A stretch of 64,000 nt of DNA from Hydrolagus affinis (taxonomy: Eukaryota): contig JAAILG010000593.1 of assembly GCA_012026655.1 (NCBI GenBank), positions 1 through 64,000 of the forward strand. Reading direction: 5' to 3'. This document shows positions 58,791-64,000 of the stretch, piece by piece (the first letter of the stretch is position 1; each line of letters opens with the position of its first letter). The notes beneath the pieces were generated by a model. That model did no database searches, was not told the DNA's origin, and worked only from the letters and a program-made list of their open reading frames with translations. Both the position numbers and the translations under genes were made by a program.

Positions 58791-59763
58791 TAAAAGAGAT
58801 CTTTATCGCAGGAGTACTGATGTATGATTCACAATAGCAGAGTGGTCCTTTTCAGTTTTTTTTTCACCAGAAAATGATGACTGAAGTCTTGCCTGCTGTT
58901 ATCTAATGTTACAAATTTCATCATTTTTGAGCTTGGTGGTGTTTTTTTTTTAAATGGATTCCATCTGAAGAGAAGAAAGATAGATATTAATATTTTAAAA
59001 ATTGTATGAAATTGCTAAGGGAAAGGAAAAAGACCATTTTACGAAACTTCAGATTGGAAAGAATCCATTCTACCTTGATGTTCCGAATTCTCAATATGTT
59101 CTTGTGACTAAGGTGCTCCTGGAATGTTGAGGTTCAGATTGCAACTTGCCTTCAATGTACAGCCAAAATAATTTAAACCAAATGCAGGGTTATTTGATAT
59201 CAGACGGGTGTTGCATGAATGAAATATAAATTGCTCCGGGAGACTGGAAAATGTATTTAGATGCCTTCATGGAATCATTGCCCCCTCTAGTGGCTGTAAA
59301 TGTACAATAAGCAGCTTTCATAGTCTGCCTTTATAATAGCAACACATAATATTTCCCTCATATGGTGTTCCCCAGCTGAAGAATTTGCACTGTGAGGAAT
59401 CAGGGTGCATCCTAAAGGTGCTTTTGTAATTCCTGATTAACCCAGTGATTGTTTTCTGGGTATTATCCTGGTGCCTCCTGAAATATAATCCCGGATCTAT
59501 ATTAGTCATAATCCCAGAATTGGAAATACATCCTGCTTCAATCACCTTCTCACTAACAATTTATACTGCTGGGTGGGTATGGGTTCCACCTGTAAATGGA
59601 TAAGGTGCCGGAAGCCTGATTGTTCTGATTGTTCTGATTCATCATTGTAGTAATAGGGCATTGAGGAAAATTCTGTGCAAACACAACTAACCCACACAAA
59701 GAACTCTGGTTCCAAAGAGGAATTAGGCATTTAATACAGTAAAAGAGACTAATATATAACAAC

Positions 59764-59811
59764 AATAACTGGATCTTTGAACATTGAAATGTTCAAAGAA
59801 ATACAGTTATT
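59764..59811. repeat. Hairpin/palindrome with 12-bp perfect core arms and 8-bp outer arms
   Basis: tctttgaacatt-ga-aatgttcaaaga (59774-59799), flanked by aataactg / cagttatt. Confidence 0.85.
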
Positions 59812-61260
59812 TTAGTTTATAGTATTTCCTGCAAAGTACTTTGAAACATCCTACCGACAGGAAAGATACAATGTTTAATGTATGCATTATTATTATTATT
59901 ATTTTTGTTATGAAGTTCTTAATCTTTTTCTTGGACCTTTTCTCCAAGACAGAATCGGAATCAATTTCCATTGCTTCGATTTTTTAGGCAGCAGATATGA
60001 ATGGATTAGCCGTGAAAAATATCTCCACAGTGTAGTCTTTCAATTGTGTCGCAGAGCTTATGTCTTTTGCAGCATGTTGCTCATTGAGTTGGTTTGTCTT
60101 AGAAAAAGCATATAATTTGAACCAGGCATTTTAAACGTTGAAAGGTTGCCGTGTTGTACACTGTTAGACCTAGTAATCATTTGCCACATAATACATGTTG
60201 CAGAAACATGAACAGTGGATGGGGAATTTGGAAAACAAAGGCTATGATATGCTCTTTGTCTGGCACGTGCATCAGCACTGTATACAGTTACAGTTGCTCA
60301 GCAAGTGTCACAATGATCCAGGACTATTAAAAGGGTGTCGGAAAATATTTAACGCAATGAAAAATTTACCAGGACGTTTTTGACATATGACACTGACGAA
60401 AGAATACTGAGCAGACTGTGGAAAAAGTAATCTCGCTTGTGATCATTCATTATGCATGGAATGATTTTGGTTTGCACAGTAGCAACATTTTACTGAGCTC
60501 TGATATAAGCACTTTTGGCTGTGATTACCATTTCAAGATTTGTACTGAAAACTATGTAATTGCTATCTTTCAAATCAATTATATTGGAACAAGAAACCTC
60601 ATGCATTATCCTTAAACTATAGATTATACAGGGTTTACACCTTGTCCTAAGGAAACTCTAAAATGGGCATAGGGGAGGAAGCTATAATGTACATTAACTC
60701 TGATATAGTTTGTCAGAAAGAGCCATAAAATATACTCTTGGATGAAAATAGACAATTGGGCTAAGTCTACCCAATTGTTTCAATTGAGAGCACTAAATTA
60801 TGTGTGTTGGATGAAATAAGTCTTTTAACAAGAGATCCTTTATATTTATTTTGTGTTATGTCTTAAATCAGTAACTGCAGTGTTGAGATTTGTTTTCCCG
60901 TGAAGCTCACATCTAAACAAGTATTGATTTAAAATATATTGGGTTTCTTGACTGCAGCCAATACATCTTATAGTATAGGAACAAATCTGAGTTATTTGTA
61001 AATTTCACCACTACACCAATATTGGGTTCCTGGCCCTGACTCCTTCTGCTGTATTTGGTGGAGCATATGTGCTGGTTCCTTTTAAAAGATCTGCAAAACT
61101 GACATGAAGATAAATAAATCCAGGTAAATGACAAAACATTAGAATAAAGTGATATTAAATGATAGATAAATCACCTGCTGCAATTTTGCCATAAGTGCAG
61201 AACAGAAAAAAAAAGAAAATGCTTATTACTAGGAATACAGACGCATGTGGAGTAAGGAAA

Positions 61261-61536
61261 CTTACTCCACACGTCTCTGTTTACTTATCACTAAGTACAA
61301 ACTCAGTTGTCAGTTGATTGGCAGATTGCTTTTCCAGCAGAAATAAATATTTCAAAAAAATAAATTGGTCACTCAATCTATGACTGTTTGTGGGACCCTG
61401 CTGTGTGCAATCAGCTGCCACGTTTCACCCACAAAATATGCCGTCAATTCACTTTACCGTATATTCTGTGAAGCGCTGAGATGTCTCAAAGATATGATAA
61501 AGTGGTATACCAAATGCAGGGATTATTATTATTATT
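61261..61536 (+). mobile_element. 5'-truncated Deu-SINE, long subfamily
   Basis: cttactccacacg, an extra internal segment, then aaattggtca...gggaccctgctgtgtgcaatcagctgccacg...ggattattattatt. Confidence 0.85.
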
Positions 61537-61589
61537 CTCTCCTCCCTTTTTCCGTGTTCTGCCCAGTCCACATACCATCAGTAACAAAG

Positions 61590-61830
61590 TTCTGTAGCAT
61601 ATTGGTCAGAGTACTTGTCTCGCTAGCGAGGGGACCTGGGTTCGAATCACAGGCAGGGCAATATGCTAGACAGGTTTTCATGCTCCTCATGCCTCTGTTA
61701 ACCTAGCAGTAAGTAGGAACCCAGTTTTTAGTTGATTGGAAGATCACTTTTCTGGGGTGGGGAGTAATAATCCCTCCAAAACAAATAACTTAATTTAATA
61801 AAATAATATTTGGTCACGCAATTTACAATT
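61590..61830 (+). mobile_element. tRNA-headed SINE, long subfamily, 5' two-thirds
   Basis: tgtagcatattggtcagagtac...gggttcgaatcacaggcaggg head, then cctctgttaacctagcagtaagtagg and taataatccctccaaaa. Confidence 0.75.
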
Positions 61831-62846
61831 ATGCAACACAGCATGTGAATTGCTGTGTGGTCATTTCATGTGCTATTATCAATTATAAATCAAATACATT
61901 GGAGGGAGTGACTTATTTCCCAAGCTTCCACTATAGGCACCTGTCCTTGGTGCTGAAAGTGTAGTGAGTTACCTGCATGGTAGTTATCTCTTTTTATTTG
62001 CCCCCTCACCTGCTAATTTCTGCAGTGCTGCAGGGCTGGTAATTTACAAAACAAAATCTGATCATTGCTTTTATGCAAAACCTAATCATAGCATAAAAAC
62101 AACGTTTAAAGGAGAGGTGGATCTTCAATTGGAACACAGACACTATTGTAGTGTAGAGGAAGTCTGTTTTATATTTTTAAATGGCATAGACCAAAAGATG
62201 CCTGCAACCAGATATACATGCATGAAGAATAGCTTCTGAATATAAGAACCGTGACTTTTCTATCAGGAGTTCCCATCAGATCTGATTCAGATGTGCAGTA
62301 TCTCGAAATATTGTGTTTTAAGGGCTATTGAAAAAAGTGTCAGAATAATGATGAAGTCATCTGTGTCAGATCATGTCGTTTTGAGAATAGCATCATCAAA
62401 TCATCTGTATTGAAGTTCATGATGGAGAGTGTGAAGTGTACCGTGACATCCATTCCAGTATCAATGAGATCTCAAGCTATCCATGTGATAAATTGCTAAC
62501 CACACTCCAATTTAAAAGGCTAAGAAAATATTACCAATATCATGCTGCATCTTTAGCCATCATAATCATGTGAAACAGACAGAAATGAAGCAGAAGAAAA
62601 CGGTAGTGGTTAAAAATAATGATTATTGTTTGGAAATAGACCAGATGTTAAATTCATTATGAAGACCAACCCTGCATGGGAGAAGTTAAAAATGTACTAA
62701 ATGAAAAGACATGTTTTCTCTATGCATAAACGCACATTTACAAGATAATTCACAACAGCCTTGACTCCATCAAAACCCAACCTCCAAATCCATCTTTGCT
62801 GTTTGAACCAGCTACACTAACCCATTACCTACTATTGTGTCTCCAA

Positions 62847-63151
62847 TGGAGCTCCTGTAGCTCAGTGGTTAGAGCATTCACCTTACAAGCATGAGATCTG
62901 TGTTCGAATCCAGGCAGATCAGGGTGAAACCTTGGGCGAGTTTCCTTACTCCACACGCCTAATAATCATCCGTCCCCAAAAAACCGACAATAATAAAATT
63001 GGTCATTTTCAATCCACAACTGTTTGTGGGACACTGCTATGCACAATTGGCTGCCACATTTTGGCCACAAATATACAGTCAATTCACTTTACAGTATATT
63101 CTGTGAAGCACTTTGAGACGTTGGTAAAATGTAAAGATTATTATTATTATT
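62847..63151 (+). mobile_element. Near full-length tRNA-headed Deu-domain SINE
   Basis: tggagctcctgtagctcagtggttagagcattcaccttacaagc...gttcgaatccaggcag...gcacaattggctgcc...gattattattattat. Confidence 0.92.
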
Positions 63152-63471
63152 GCCATCGATATTATGCTTTCTGCTTTTCTTTCATGGCAGTGAATGGCAC
63201 ACTCTCTATTATGATGTGTTGGCTGCTCAGTTTTAGGATGGTGTTTGACACCATTCTAAAGAGGGTGACGAGATGCATCAACATGCTGCACAATGAAGAG
63301 ATGATGCTCCATGCCCAGCGCCAGTCACACACTGCTGAATTCCTTATTTCAGCTGTTAAAGTGAGGGTGCACCAAATGGAAATCAGATACTTTGCCATAG
63401 TCAGGAGAAACCAGGAGAAACAACACTGAAATGGGAAAATGCGAGAACATTGTTTGCTGATTTTCTTAACA

Positions 63472-63590
63472 TTAATAATATTCCTTGCATTTGATATAGC
63501 ACCTTATCACATCTTCAAGATGTCTCAAAGTGCTTCACAGAATATACTGTAAAGTGAATTGACTATACATTTTGTGGGTGAAATGCAATA
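63472..63590 (-). mobile_element. Deu-SINE 3' tail
   Basis: ccttgcatttgatatagcacc...gtctcaaagtgcttcacagaatatactgtaaagtgaattgac. Confidence 0.85.
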
Positions 63591-64000
63591 GGGCATGAAA
63601 TTAATTGAAACAACAGTAGGGGAAGATGTCTGTAAAGTTTTAGATAAAATATTAGGTTGATGATAAAATAGTTTCTGACATGAAAGATATTATATATTAC
63701 ATTATAAATAGAATACAGCCTGAATTAATTCCACAAAGTAATTTAGAGCTCAATTGGTTCTTGACTCATATTGTTTTCATTTTCTAATAATCTTTGATTT
63801 GACTCAGTGAGTCTTTTTGTTGTGGTGTCAAATTTGATGCAGTGAGCCATTGAAATACCTATCAATTCTAAAAGGAAGCTGTAGTTCATTGCAAAGACCA
63901 TGTCAAATAGTTACTGGTCTGTTAATGCCAATCTACACATCTATTAACTTTATATTTTAACTTAATTGATGGTTTAAATTTGCTCATCAGCCCTCAAAAT

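Noticed and set aside
60385-60420. Hammerhead core at ctgacgaaag
   Set aside because: No stem II between CTGANGA and GAAA and no flanking helices.
62345-62430. C/D box snoRNA starting at ATGATGA
   Set aside because: No terminal CTGA box with a closing stem at a suitable distance.
62932-63429. 165-aa ORF
   Set aside because: The first ~70 codons are SINE sequence including the (TAT)n tail, and the rest has no recognisable domain.

Overview
AT-rich, CpG-depleted vertebrate DNA with no protein-coding exon, RNA gene, CRISPR array or prokaryotic feature that I can support. It reads as intronic or intergenic sequence from a cartilaginous fish, probably a holocephalan; this is inferred from the repeat complement as I recall it. 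The window is dominated by decayed retroelements: many copies of a young tRNA-headed Deu-domain SINE with a (TAT)n tail (three near full length, at 4873-5180, 39268-39592 and 62847-63151), older SacSINE1/AmnSINE-like Deu-SINEs, L2 LINE fragments with (GTT)n tails and CR1 LINE fragments. The only substantial ORF (19250-19885, minus) is a CR1 reverse-transcriptase C-terminus. Non-autonomous DNA transposons (Tigger-like with TA target duplication, hAT-like with 8-bp duplication) cluster at 1-3.2 kb, with one more at 57.7 kb. The best leads are an unclassified ~600-bp repeat in three copies, Tigger-like elements whose right ends carry tandem-repeat expansions, a young chimeric SINE/L2 tandem array, several perfect short palindromes and some repeat-poor, motif-rich candidate enhancers. 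I found no convincing novel gene system. Family names come from remembered consensus sequences, not searches, and boundaries of decayed repeats are approximate.
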